Position numbers and translations under genes: made by a program. 64,000 nucleotides of DNA. Origin: Bdellovibrionota bacterium (GTDB lineage: Bacteria; Bdellovibrionota_C; UBA2361; JBGSMV01). The stretch covers positions 67,202-131,201 of the forward strand of contig JBIKWF010000002.1 in assembly GCA_044356455.1 (NCBI GenBank), read 5' to 3'. Under the pieces are notes generated by a model, which was not told the origin of the DNA, did not search any database, and worked only from the letters and a program-made list of their open reading frames with translations. Within the stretch, counting starts at the first letter, position 1; the number at the start of each line of letters is the position of its first letter. Positions 48,264 through 58,149 of the stretch are shown here, piece after piece.

Positions 48264-49259
48264 CTAGTCTCTGACCACATAATCATGCGGCAACTTAGCA
48301 ATCTCTTCCCACCCCCCATGGATCCAAGAAATCATCTCCCCCACTCCCTCTTCAAGAGAAACAGTAGGCATCCATCCAAGCTCCTTTTTGGCCTTAGCCC
48401 AATCAAGAATATAAGCCTGGTCCTGCCCCGTTCTTTCACCCACCGTCTTGGTGGAAGCATCGAAGCTCTCTCCGAGCGCTGAGCACACCATACGCACCAG
48501 ATCGCGAATGCTAATGCCGTCACCTTCTGGCCCGAAGTGGTACAAACCACCGACCGTGCCCTTTGTCATCGCCAAATAAATCCCGTGGCAAACATCTCGA
48601 ATATGAAGATACGACTTAACCGCCTGACCGCCGCCGTGAAGCTCGATAATCTTCCCTAACTTCCGATAAATAACCGTGCGCGGAATGATTCTATAAAGCT
48701 GCTGATGCGCTCCGTAGACGTTCGTCGAACGAATCGTTACCGAGGGGAAGCCCTTCACTTTGTGCAGGCAAGTACAGAAGAGATCGGCCGACCCTTTTGA
48801 GGCGGCGTAGGGAGAACTTGGGTTAAACAGAGTGGGGTCCTCTTTCTGGTGATTACAGGAGCCGTACACCTCTGGAGTTGAAATCTGGACAAAGCGCTCC
48901 AAGTAATCACGTTTCGAGAGTGCGTCCATTAGTCCCACGACGCCAACGGCATTCGTTTGGAACCACTTCACCGGGAAATTCCAGCTTTGCGCAACTTCGC
49001 CTTGAGCCGCGAAATTAATTACAAAGCGCGGCTTCTCTTTATCAAGTACCTGCATAATCTCAGGAAGCTTGGTATTGATGTCGAGCTGGTAGAAGGAAAA
49101 TCTTCCGGGTCTCTCTTTCTTGTGCAGATACGGCAGCATTACTGCGGGATACTCGGGCGAACGGTTGAAACCTAGAATCTTATCTTCCGTTGCCGAGAGC
49201 AGGTACTGCACGAGGGCGGAGCCCGAGAAGGAATTACTCGCAATAATCGCAATTGTCAT
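48264..49259 (-). CDS. NAD-dependent sugar-nucleotide dehydratase/epimerase (extended SDR)
   Basis: YAASK catalytic Yxxx K and the overall extended-SDR architecture. Confidence 0.75.
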   Translation of the reverse strand: MTIAIIASNSFSGSALVQYLLSATEDKILGFNRSPEYPAVMLPYLHKKERPGRFSFYQLDINTKLPEIMQVLDKEKPRFVINFAAQGEVAQSWNFPVKWFQTNAVGVVGLMDALSKRDYLERFVQISTPEVYGSCNHQKEDPTLFNPSSPYAASKGSADLFCTCLHKVKGFPSVTIRSTNVYGAHQQLYRIIPRTVIYRKLGKIIELHGGGQAVKSYLHIRDVCHGIYLAMTKGTVGGLYHFGPEGDGISIRDLVRMVCSALGESFDASTKTVGERTGQDQAYILDWAKAKKELGWMPTVSLEEGVGEMISWIHGGWEEIAKLPHDYVVRD

Positions 49260-49262
49260 ACG

Positions 49263-50369
49263 CTACGCGCCAAAGAATTTCTTTACTTCTTGAATTACGG
49301 TCGCAATTTGCTGATCCGTTAATTCTGGATAAATCGGCAAGCTGAGAATTCTCCCTGACTGCCTTTCCGTGACAGGAAAATCGCCGCGCTTGTAGCCAAG
49401 GTCTCGGGCGCACTCTTGGAGGTGAATCGGGATTGGATAGTGAATCTTTGTTTCAATACCCTTTGCCAATAAGTGATCACGCAGTTCATTGCGGCGGTCG
49501 GTCTGGATAATAAACGTGTGATAGACCGCGTACTCGTAGTCCTTGTCGGTAGGGACCTGGACGTAGGGAGCGAGCGCCGCTTGGTAGACGCCAGCAATCT
49601 CACGAAGCCTCGTGGTCCAGGCTTCAATGTGATTCATCTTTACGTTCAGGATCGCGGCTTGGACGGTATCAAGTCTTGAATTAAAGCCCCATACTTCACA
49701 CTCATCGCGGTTCTTTAGACCGTGATTTCTCAGCTTAAGAAGAAGCTTGTAGTATTCTTCGTTATCCGTGGTCATCACGCCCGCGTCGCCTGCGGCGTTT
49801 AAGTTCTTCAGCGGATGTAATGAGAAGCAGCCGATATCGCCAAGAGCCCCGACTCCTTTACCACGGTAACGCGCAGCTACCGCCTGAGCAGCATCTTCGA
49901 CTACCTTAAGCCCCTTCCGCTTAGCGATGTCCATGATAGGCGCCATATCTGCGGAGCGCCCCGTCAGATGAACGGGCATGATTGCCTTCGTGCGCGGAGT
50001 AATAGCCTTTTCGATTTTTTCTGGGTCAATGTTGAAATCATCTCGCACGTCGGCAAAAACTGGGCGGGCGCCGGCGGCGACAATAGTCCATGCGCTTGCA
50101 AGAAATGAATTGGGCGCTGTGATAACTTCGTCGCCCGGGCCTACGCCAAAAACTTTAAGTGCAAGAAATAATGCATCACTTCCGTCTGCTACACCTAAGG
50201 CGTAGCGGCTTCCGTGCAGCTTTGCGAAGCGTTCCTCAAATTCGGGAACAGCAGGACCTAGAATGTAATTTCCCGACGACAGAACTTCTTCGACTTTGGG
50301 CATGATTTCTGCCCGGAGCCTTGAGAACTGAAGTGGGATATCAATGTATTTAACTTTTATCTCGCTCAT
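49263..50369 (-). CDS. DegT/DnrJ/EryC1/StrS-family sugar aminotransferase
   Basis: PLP-fold AAT motifs. Its ATG overlaps the upstream stop (ATGA), indicating translational coupling. Confidence 0.85.
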   Translation of the reverse strand: MSEIKVKYIDIPLQFSRLRAEIMPKVEEVLSSGNYILGPAVPEFEERFAKLHGSRYALGVADGSDALFLALKVFGVGPGDEVITAPNSFLASAWTIVAAGARPVFADVRDDFNIDPEKIEKAITPRTKAIMPVHLTGRSADMAPIMDIAKRKGLKVVEDAAQAVAARYRGKGVGALGDIGCFSLHPLKNLNAAGDAGVMTTDNEEYYKLLLKLRNHGLKNRDECEVWGFNSRLDTVQAAILNVKMNHIEAWTTRLREIAGVYQAALAPYVQVPTDKDYEYAVYHTFIIQTDRRNELRDHLLAKGIETKIHYPIPIHLQECARDLGYKRGDFPVTERQSGRILSLPIYPELTDQQIATVIQEVKKFFGA

Positions 50370-51469
50370 CGGTAGAAGCTCCGAATACAATCGACTACAT
50401 AACCGAGTTCATCGTGAGTTAAATGCTGATGCACAGGCAGAGAAAGCATTATTTCCGCATGCCTCTCTGCGACCGGGAAATCTCCGCGCTTATAGCCTAG
50501 ATATTCGCAAGCTTTTTGAAGGTGCAGCGGAATAGGATAATGCACTTTTGCTTCAATTCCTTGCTTCAATAGGAAGGCAAGCAGGTCGTCGCGCTTCTTG
50601 TCTACGTACACCACGTAATTATGGTGCACCCAGCGCATGTTGGGGTCGCGAGGCGCAACGCGGAGCTGGGGGATCTTCGCGAACTCTTGGTCGTAGAAGT
50701 CGGCGTGTTTTCGGCGCTCTCCAATAATCCAATCGAACGTTTCTACTATGTGTAGTCCCACAACGGCGTGAAGGGTATCGAGGCGGCAGTTGTAGCCAAA
50801 GAAATCACAGTGGTCACGGTCGCGCAGACCATGGTTGCGAAGTTTCTGGAGTTTCTCCGCCATCTCCTTAGAGCTTGTCGTGATAACTCCGCCATCACCC
50901 CAGACATTTAGGTTCTTGAGAGGATGAAGACTAAAGGCACCGGTGAGACCGTAAGAGCCAGAGCGCTTGCCGTGGAGTTCTGCGCCCATCCCTTGGCACG
51001 CATCTTCAATCACCTCGAGGCCGTGCTTCTTTGCGATTTCTAGAATGCGCGGCATGTCGGACATCGCGCCCATCAGGTGCACGGGAACGATTGCTTTTGT
51101 CTTGGGAGTAATCGCTCGCTCGATTTGAGTGACGTCGATACAAAAGTCATCTCGGCAATCAACAAAAACAGGGCGCGCTCCTGTCGTCGCAATCGCTCCT
51201 CCTGTGGCATAAAAGGTGTTCGCCGCGGTGATGACTTCATCGCCAGGTCCAATGCCGAGAGCGACAAGAGAAAGCCGGATTGCATCGGTGCCGGTTCCTA
51301 CGCTGACTGCGTAAGGAGTCTTGCTCACGATTCTCGCAAATTTTTCTTCTAATTCTGCTACCTGCTTTCCTAAGGTGAAGTCGCCGCTTTTTAAGAGCGC
51401 CCTAAGGCTATCGAAAATTGGTTCTGGATTGGCGAACTGTCCAGGGAGGTGAGAGTAGCTGACCTTCAT
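50366..51469 (-). CDS. DegT/DnrJ/EryC1/StrS-family sugar aminotransferase (paralog)
   Basis: About 50% similar to the downstream paralog (VPVHLMGAMSDM... against MPVHLTGRSADM...). The likely start is at MKVSYSHL. Confidence 0.85.
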   Translation of the reverse strand: MKVSYSHLPGQFANPEPIFDSLRALLKSGDFTLGKQVAELEEKFARIVSKTPYAVSVGTGTDAIRLSLVALGIGPGDEVITAANTFYATGGAIATTGARPVFVDCRDDFCIDVTQIERAITPKTKAIVPVHLMGAMSDMPRILEIAKKHGLEVIEDACQGMGAELHGKRSGSYGLTGAFSLHPLKNLNVWGDGGVITTSSKEMAEKLQKLRNHGLRDRDHCDFFGYNCRLDTLHAVVGLHIVETFDWIIGERRKHADFYDQEFAKIPQLRVAPRDPNMRWVHHNYVVYVDKKRDDLLAFLLKQGIEAKVHYPIPLHLQKACEYLGYKRGDFPVAERHAEIMLSLPVHQHLTHDELGYVVDCIRSFYR

Positions 51470-51683
51470 GATGGGACCCTTCTCAAAAAATACAGATGCG
51501 AGCGCCCGCCGAAGCCTGCCTTTGACAGGAACTCCCACGCGCGAAACACCCTTAAGAGAACCGAGCCGCAAAAGACGCCCCCTGCCCTCTTCGCTCCCCA
51601 TGGTAGCGAGAAAAGGCAGAGCCCCATAGCCACATCCTTTTGGCCTCTCTTTCTGTTGGGATGTCTGCCGAGGCCAACCGGTT

Positions 51684-51826
51684 CTTAGGGAGTCACCCGA
51701 AGGACCCTAAGATGGGCAAATTTTCCCTTCCCTTTGTGAACTCTGTGGTCTTAGTGGTTTATGAAAACAACCACTAAGACCACAGAGACCACTAAGGGGA
51801 ATTTTTTAGAGATCCCTGAGGCTAAA
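51684..51826. repeat. MITE-like element, copy 9 (diverged)
   Basis: TTAGGGAGTC... at the left and TTTTTTAGAGATCCCTGAGGCTAA at the right, with interior palindrome ctctgtggtcttagtggtt.../...aaccactaagaccacagag. Confidence 0.5.
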
Positions 51827-51889
51827 TGTTCCTTTGGCGAAGCGGTGTAATCTGCTAAAAATAAGAGACAATTCTATTGGTGAGCTCTC

Positions 51890-52894
51890 ATGCGAACTCT
51901 TGTTACTGGCGGCGCTGGATTCATTGGAAGCAATCTCGTTGATAGGCTTATCGCCGACGGCCATTCAGTCACCGTAATCGACAATCTCTCTACCGGTAGA
52001 CTCTCAAATCTTGCCCATCTTGAGGGCCACAAGCAGCTCAGCGTTTGTCAGGCTGACATCGCTGACCTCGCGAAGATTTCGCCGCTTTTTAAGGGAATTG
52101 ACTGGGTTTTCCACATGGCAGCCCTGGCGGATATTGTTCCGTCGATTCAAGAGCCGGTGAAGTATTACCACTCAAATGTAACGGGAACTGTCTCAGTTCT
52201 TGAAGCAGCCCGAGCCGCCGGGGTAAAGCGCTTCCTTTATACGGCTTCTTCTAGCTGCTATGGGCTTGCCGATATTGTTCCTACGCCTGAAACAGCTCCC
52301 ATTAAGCCGATGTACCCCTACGCACTCACCAAGTACCTTGGGGAATCCTGTGTGATGCACTGGAGCCAGGTCTACGGTATCCCAGCAGTGTCCCTGAGGC
52401 TTTTTAATGTCTATGGCCCTCGCGCCAGAACTTCTGGAACGTATGGCGCCGTTTTTGGAGTCTTCCTCGCTCAAAAATTACATGGGAAGCCTTTTACGGT
52501 GGTCGGAGACGGAACCCAGACCAGAGACTTTACCTTTGTCACTGACGTGGCAGATGCCTTTGTAAGAGCTGCGGAGTCTTCGGTCGTTGGAGAAATCTTC
52601 AACGTGGGAAGCAGCAACACCTACAGTATAAATGAACTTGTTCAGCGCCTAGGCGGGCCAATAACCTACGTGCCCAAAAGACCGGGAGAGCCCGACTGCA
52701 CGTTTGCCGATATTTCGAAGATAAATCAAGCACTTAACTGGAAAGCCCAGGTCAGTTTTGCAGACGGCGTCAAACGCATGCTGGCCGGAATTGAGCACTG
52801 GAGAGAGGCTCCCGTTTGGAACGAAAATAGTATCGCCCAGGCGACCAAAGAATGGCATCAATACTTAGGAAGTGGGAGCAGCAGCTCCAAGTAA
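51890..52894 (+). CDS. NAD-dependent epimerase/dehydratase (GalE/UXS-like SDR)
   Basis: TGGAGFIGSNLV Rossmann motif and YALTK catalytic motif. Confidence 0.8.
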   Translation: MRTLVTGGAGFIGSNLVDRLIADGHSVTVIDNLSTGRLSNLAHLEGHKQLSVCQADIADLAKISPLFKGIDWVFHMAALADIVPSIQEPVKYYHSNVTGTVSVLEAARAAGVKRFLYTASSSCYGLADIVPTPETAPIKPMYPYALTKYLGESCVMHWSQVYGIPAVSLRLFNVYGPRARTSGTYGAVFGVFLAQKLHGKPFTVVGDGTQTRDFTFVTDVADAFVRAAESSVVGEIFNVGSSNTYSINELVQRLGGPITYVPKRPGEPDCTFADISKINQALNWKAQVSFADGVKRMLAGIEHWREAPVWNENSIAQATKEWHQYLGSGSSSSK

Positions 52895-52925
52895 CGACGT
52901 TCTACGGAAATCACGGAGGATTCAC

Positions 52926-53924
52926 GTGACAGATCTAAAACAGGTTCTCATCACTGGCGGCGCTGGCTATGTCGGCTCCGTACTCGTCCCGAAACTTCTG
53001 AAAGAGGGATTTCGAGTTAAGGTGCTCGACCTGTTCATGTACGGAGAAGATGTCCTGGACTCCGTAAAGGGGAATCCAAATCTTGAACTTATCAAGGGCG
53101 ATATCCGTGATGCCAAGTTGCTAGAGCGCTCACTGCCAGGTTGCGACGCGGTCATCCACCTCGCCTGCATTTCGAATGACCCAAGTTTTGAACTAGACCC
53201 GGGCCTTGGGAAATCAATTAACTTTGATTGCTTCGCCCCCCTTGTCCAGATTTCTAAAAAATCAGGCGTGAAGCGTTTCATATACGCTTCCTCTTCAAGC
53301 GTGTATGGCGTCAAAGATGTCTCCAACGTGACAGAAGACCTCTCCCTTGAGCCTCTTACGGACTACTCAAAGTTTAAGGCCATGTGCGAAGACGTACTCC
53401 AGAAGGAGCGCGCTCCCGGCTTCACTACGGTCACTATTCGACCGGCCACCGTGTGCGGTTATAGCCCAAGACTAAGGCTCGACTTGGCAGTAAACATCCT
53501 GACGAATCTCGCCCAGAATAAACGTGAGATTACTGTTCTTGGGGGCTCACAAATGCGCCCCAATATTCACATAGAGGACATGACCGACCTCTATGTACTG
53601 CTACTAAGGCTCCCGTCCGAGAAGATAGACGGAAAAATATTCAATGCGGGGTACGAGAATCACACCGTCGCGGATATCGCCACTAAAGTGCGCTCAATCG
53701 TTGGCGACGACGTTAAGGTAGTCACCAAGCCCACGGACGATAATCGCTCATACCATATCTCAAGCGAAAAAATTCAGCGCGAGATTGGGTTCACCGCTAA
53801 GCACTCAGTGGGAGAGGCGATTCAAGATCTTGTGGCGGCGTTCAAGGAAGGGAAAGTCCCCAATCCTCTTTCAGATATCCGGTACTTCAACATCAAGACC
53901 ATGCAAAGCATAAAGCTTAAATAA
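52926..53924 (+). CDS. NAD-dependent epimerase/dehydratase (SDR)
   Basis: GTG start 6 nt after a GGAGGA RBS. TGGAGYVGSVLV Rossmann motif. Confidence 0.8.
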   Translation: MTDLKQVLITGGAGYVGSVLVPKLLKEGFRVKVLDLFMYGEDVLDSVKGNPNLELIKGDIRDAKLLERSLPGCDAVIHLACISNDPSFELDPGLGKSINFDCFAPLVQISKKSGVKRFIYASSSSVYGVKDVSNVTEDLSLEPLTDYSKFKAMCEDVLQKERAPGFTTVTIRPATVCGYSPRLRLDLAVNILTNLAQNKREITVLGGSQMRPNIHIEDMTDLYVLLLRLPSEKIDGKIFNAGYENHTVADIATKVRSIVGDDVKVVTKPTDDNRSYHISSEKIQREIGFTAKHSVGEAIQDLVAAFKEGKVPNPLSDIRYFNIKTMQSIKLK

Positions 53925-53932
53925 GGCTAATC

Positions 53933-54775
53933 ATGAGCGCTTCTCTTGACCTCTCGCCTCAGCGGATCACAGAGCTCAGCAGCCTCTCGCGAAAAATTCG
54001 CGGTGAAGTGCTTAAGATGTCTTTTAATGCTCAGACGCCGCATCTTGCCTCGTCGCTATCTCCTGTCGACATTCTTGTTGCGGCGTACTTTGAAGCCTTA
54101 AAAATCGATCCCCAAAAGCCCCTCGACCAAGGGCGAGATCGTTTCATTTTCAGTAAAGGGCATGCCGTTCCCGCCCTCTATGCCACCCTCGCGATGAAGG
54201 GCTTTTTCCCAGAATCCGACTTAGCAACGTTCTGCAAAGAAGGCGGGCACCTGCCTGAGCAGCCAAGCCCGCGCTGCGCTCCCGGAGTAGAGCTTGCTAC
54301 GGGCTCGCTTGGGCATGGCCTTTCCGTGGGATTAGGCATGGCGCTTGCCGGCCGCATCGCGAATCTCCCCTACCGCGTCTACGCCCTGCTTAGTGATGGC
54401 GAGTGCAACGAAGGCTCGGTGTGGGAGGCCGCCATGTTCGCGGGTGGCCAGAAACTTGACCAAGTCTGCGTCGTCGTCGATTTTAATAAATGGCAAGCGA
54501 CTGACAGGAGCGAAGAAGTCATGGCGCTCCAGCCCTTCAGAAAGAAATGGGAAACCTTCGGCTGGACCGCTCATGAAGTCGATGGTCATGATATTGGTAC
54601 GCTTGCAAAAATTCTGAAGAATGTTCCGGATGGCTCCGGAAAGCCCGTGGCGATAATCGCCAATACCGTGAAGGGCAAAGGCGTGTCGTTCATGGAAGAC
54701 GACAACAACTGGCATTATCAAATCCCCAAGAAAGAGCACCTTGAAAAGGGTCTTAAGGAGTTAGGACTCACATGA
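53933..54775 (+). CDS. transketolase, N-terminal (TPP-binding) subunit
   Basis: GHAVPALYATL...LGHGLSVGLGMA TPP-binding motifs. About 280 aa, the split-transketolase type. Confidence 0.85.
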   Translation: MSASLDLSPQRITELSSLSRKIRGEVLKMSFNAQTPHLASSLSPVDILVAAYFEALKIDPQKPLDQGRDRFIFSKGHAVPALYATLAMKGFFPESDLATFCKEGGHLPEQPSPRCAPGVELATGSLGHGLSVGLGMALAGRIANLPYRVYALLSDGECNEGSVWEAAMFAGGQKLDQVCVVVDFNKWQATDRSEEVMALQPFRKKWETFGWTAHEVDGHDIGTLAKILKNVPDGSGKPVAIIANTVKGKGVSFMEDDNNWHYQIPKKEHLEKGLKELGLT

Positions 54776-55707
54776 GAAACGCATTTGCTGCTGAACTCAC
54801 CGCTCTCGCCAAAGAGGATCCACGTGTCGTGATGTTATCAGGCGACATCGGGAATCGTCTCTTTGATGAGTATAAATCCGTAGCTCGCTCACGCTTTTTT
54901 AACTGCGGAGTCGCCGAAGCAAATCTTATCAGCATGGGCGCTGGGCTCGCGATGTCGGGCTTTAGACCAATTGCCTATACGATAGCTCCCTTTATTACTA
55001 CGCGCTGCTACGAGCAGATTCGCGTCGATGTCTGCTATCATGAATCCCCGGTAGTTATCGTCGGTGTTGGCGCTGGGCTCTCATACGCTTCACTAGGAGC
55101 GACGCACCACTCCTGCGAGGATATTGCCATCATGCGTGCACTTCCTCACATGACAGTGATGTGCCCAGGCGATGAGAAGGAAGTGCGTGCAGCCCTGCGA
55201 GCCGCGATTGCTCACAACGGTCCCTCCTATATCCGCATCGGCAAAAAGGGAGAGCCAGTTGTTCACAAGACTCCTCCCGCATTCACCATCGGGAAAGGAA
55301 TCGAACTTAAAACGGGGACTGATGTCTGCTTGCTTTCAACGGGAACTCTCTTACCCGAGGTTATTGCGGCGGCAGAATTACTAGAGAAAGAAAAGCTCTC
55401 AGTACGCGTGGTAAGTCTCCATACGGTGAAGCCTCTTGATGAAGCGCTCATTTTTGATGCCTTCAAGCGATATCAACTCGTGGCGACAATTGAAGAGCAT
55501 TCCGTAATTGGAGGACTTGGCGGCGCAGTTTCTGAACTCATTGCGGAAACCTCTCCCGCCCAAAGACGAGCCCAGTTTGTGCGCATCGGCACACCTGATG
55601 TGTTCCTGCATGAGCCAGGCGAACAAGAATTCGCACGTGAACACTTCGGACTCAATGCCAAAGGCATTGCGGCAAAGATACGCAGCTCTCTTCGTAATGC
55701 AGAGTAA
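54772..55707 (+). CDS. transketolase, C-terminal (pyrimidine-binding) subunit
   Basis: GVAEANLISMGAGLA motif. ATGA overlap with the N-terminal subunit gene. Confidence 0.85.
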   Translation: MRNAFAAELTALAKEDPRVVMLSGDIGNRLFDEYKSVARSRFFNCGVAEANLISMGAGLAMSGFRPIAYTIAPFITTRCYEQIRVDVCYHESPVVIVGVGAGLSYASLGATHHSCEDIAIMRALPHMTVMCPGDEKEVRAALRAAIAHNGPSYIRIGKKGEPVVHKTPPAFTIGKGIELKTGTDVCLLSTGTLLPEVIAAAELLEKEKLSVRVVSLHTVKPLDEALIFDAFKRYQLVATIEEHSVIGGLGGAVSELIAETSPAQRRAQFVRIGTPDVFLHEPGEQEFAREHFGLNAKGIAAKIRSSLRNAE

Positions 55708-55754
55708 AGTAGTCGCCTGCAGCTTTCCCGCCAGGCAGTCAGCGTGGACAACGA

Positions 55755-56369
55755 ATGAAAATTGGAATTGACTTCGACAACACGGTGGTCTGCTACGACG
55801 GAGTTTTCGAAGCCCTGGCAAGAGAGGAGGGCATTCTTGCGCCGTCCGTTAAGGCAACCAAAGGGGCGGTAAGAGACGAGCTTCGCAAACAAGGCAAAGA
55901 GGAGCGCTGGATTGAAATTCAAGGGCTCGTGTACGGCGAACGCATGAAAGATGCTGCACCCTTTGCTGGAATCAAAGAGTTCCTGGCAAAGGCAAAGGCT
56001 CAAGGAGCAGAAACCTTCATCGTAAGCCACAAAACCCGCTACCCCTTTCGTGGCCCGCAGTTTGATTTACACGAATCCGCCTACGAGTGGCTACAAGCGC
56101 AGGCGATATACGACCGAAAGCATCCAAATTCCTTTCCTCGGGTGTACCTTGAGCTCACCAAGGAAGCCAAGCTCGCGCGGATTGCTGAGCTTGGATGTGA
56201 AGTCTTTATAGACGATCTGCCCGAGTTTTTAAGCGAACAAGCCTTTCCCACGCGAGCAAGCAGAATACTTTTCGATCCCAACAGCGACCACGGCGAGACC
56301 CCCTGCTATTCCAGGGCCTCATCGTGGAACGAAATTTCTGCTCGCTTACTCTCACCCAAAGGGAGGTGA
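55755..56369 (+). CDS. HAD-superfamily hydrolase
   Basis: N-terminal IGIDFDNTV (DxDxT) motif. Confidence 0.6.
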   Translation: MKIGIDFDNTVVCYDGVFEALAREEGILAPSVKATKGAVRDELRKQGKEERWIEIQGLVYGERMKDAAPFAGIKEFLAKAKAQGAETFIVSHKTRYPFRGPQFDLHESAYEWLQAQAIYDRKHPNSFPRVYLELTKEAKLARIAELGCEVFIDDLPEFLSEQAFPTRASRILFDPNSDHGETPCYSRASSWNEISARLLSPKGR

Positions 56370-56372
56370 TGG

Positions 56373-57398
56373 ATGAGCTCCCAACCCTTCAGCACGGCGC
56401 TTGCGGCACTTGTCGCAAAAGCTGGAATGCCTGCCTCATACGAAGTGCGGGAGATGCCTGGAACTGGCAACAATCGAGCGTTTGAAGTTTGCGGAGGTGA
56501 AAAGTGCTACCTTTTAAAGGAATATTTTTCTCACCCGCGAGACCCTCGGGACCGCCTCGGCACCGAGTTTAACTTCAGTCAACTTCTTTGGGATAACGGC
56601 ATCAGGTCGATTCCTCAACCTATCGCGGCAGATCCGGCCCACAGGCTAGCTCTCTATCAGTTTATCGAAGGGCGTGCCTGCACCCCCGAGGACGTTACCG
56701 AAACGAGAGTACAAGAATTTTTAGCATTTCTCATTGCGATAAGCCGCTGTGCAAAAAGCGGCGCAGCCAAAGATTTCCCGCTCGGCTCTGAGCCGTGCTT
56801 TAGCGTTGATGAGCATCTAAGCTGCGTCGCGCGGCGACTTGAACGACTTTCTGAAATTGACTCTACCACCCCTCAAGGAGCTGAGGCGCGTGGCTTTGTT
56901 AACGAGGCGCTCTTGCCTCTCTGGGACAAAGTCAGTGACCGAATTTCTTCCCGCGCCCGCAAAGAGGGCTTCTCGACTTCACACCTCCTGGCTCCTGAAG
57001 AGCGCATCCTTTCGCCCTCTGATTTTGGTTTCCACAATGCCCTTATTACAAGCCAAGGAGCGCTTGTGTTTCTCGATTTTGAGTACGCGGGATGGGATGA
57101 CCCGGCGCGGACTACGAGTGATTTCTTTTGTCAGCCCCGTATTCCCGTCCCCCATACCTTTCGCCCCCTTTTCCGAAACGCCCTAAAAGGCATTCTTTCA
57201 GTACCTGAACGCTACACTCTGCATTCAGATCTCATTTTTCCCGTGTATCAAATGAAATGGTGCTGCATAATGCTTGCGGAATTCCTACCCGTCGCCTCCG
57301 AGCGAAGAAGCTTTGCACAAGGGAAGGAACCTCTCGAAGCGCGCCGAGCACGGCAAATGGCGAAAGTGAGAGCTCTCGCGCACATGATAGAGATTTAA
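56373..57398 (+). CDS. APH/choline-kinase-family phosphotransferase
   Basis: Brenner-like catalytic region FGFHNALI...VFLDFEYAGWDDP. GGGAGG RBS upstream. Confidence 0.6.
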   Translation: MSSQPFSTALAALVAKAGMPASYEVREMPGTGNNRAFEVCGGEKCYLLKEYFSHPRDPRDRLGTEFNFSQLLWDNGIRSIPQPIAADPAHRLALYQFIEGRACTPEDVTETRVQEFLAFLIAISRCAKSGAAKDFPLGSEPCFSVDEHLSCVARRLERLSEIDSTTPQGAEARGFVNEALLPLWDKVSDRISSRARKEGFSTSHLLAPEERILSPSDFGFHNALITSQGALVFLDFEYAGWDDPARTTSDFFCQPRIPVPHTFRPLFRNALKGILSVPERYTLHSDLIFPVYQMKWCCIMLAEFLPVASERRSFAQGKEPLEARRARQMAKVRALAHMIEI

Positions 57399-57421
57399 TT
57401 CAGTTCACAAGGAGTACCCAC

Positions 57422-58084
57422 GTGGCATACATCGACTTCATCACCAAAATTCATACTTCAACCAAGAGAGATTACCGTCAGCGCGTTCTTGATTACGACA
57501 AAGCCGAGTGCGCGGAAGTCGCGATTAAATTCGGCAAAGATTACTGGGACGGAGACCGTCGCCACGGCTATGGCGGATTTCGTTACGATGGACGCTGGCG
57601 CGCTGTCGCCGAAGCCCTTGCCTCTCACTATAAACTTAAAGCCGGTGACTCCGTACTCGATGTCGGATGCGGCAAGGGATTTCTTCTTTATGAACTCACC
57701 CAGGTTGTCCCAGGACTTAAGGTTACTGGCCTTGATATTTCCGAATACGCGATTGAGAACGCCAAAGAAGAAGTGAAGCCGTTCCTTCGGGTAGGCGACG
57801 CGAAGGAACTTCCTTTTGCGGACAAATCCTTCGATTTGGTGATCTCCATTATCACCATTCACAACCTTTACATTTATGACCTCTGGAAGGCGCTTAAGGA
57901 AATTGAGCGTGTCGGGAAGGGCGGCAAGTATATTTGCACCGAAGGATATCGCAACGAACGTGAGAAAGTGAATTTGATGTATTGGCAGCTTACGTGCCGC
58001 GCCTTCCACACTCCGGCCGAATGGGAATGGATATTTCAGCAAACAGGATACACGGGGGACTACAGTCTTATCTATTTCGAATAA
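57422..58084 (+). CDS. class I SAM-dependent methyltransferase
   Basis: VLDVGCGKGFLL motif I. GTG start after an AAGGAG RBS. Confidence 0.7.
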   Translation: MAYIDFITKIHTSTKRDYRQRVLDYDKAECAEVAIKFGKDYWDGDRRHGYGGFRYDGRWRAVAEALASHYKLKAGDSVLDVGCGKGFLLYELTQVVPGLKVTGLDISEYAIENAKEEVKPFLRVGDAKELPFADKSFDLVISIITIHNLYIYDLWKALKEIERVGKGGKYICTEGYRNEREKVNLMYWQLTCRAFHTPAEWEWIFQQTGYTGDYSLIYFE

Positions 58085-58149
58085 CGAATCTTGAAGTATC
58101 GTCTCTGCTCGCATGGACGCACACTGAACCCAGCTTCTGAGCTCTTGCT

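Noticed and set aside
51470-51601. 44-aa N-terminal extension of the second DegT aminotransferase ORF
   Set aside because: The paralog alignment and typical family length indicate a start at MKVSYSHL. The extension is Arg/Gly-rich.
4905-51826. Possibility that the recurring ~19-bp motif TTAGGGAACCTCTGAAAAA marks a CRISPR array
   Set aside because: Copies are dispersed over 47 kb, occur in inverted pairs bounding palindromic interiors, and have no regular repeat-spacer periodicity. They behave as MITE/REP-like elements.
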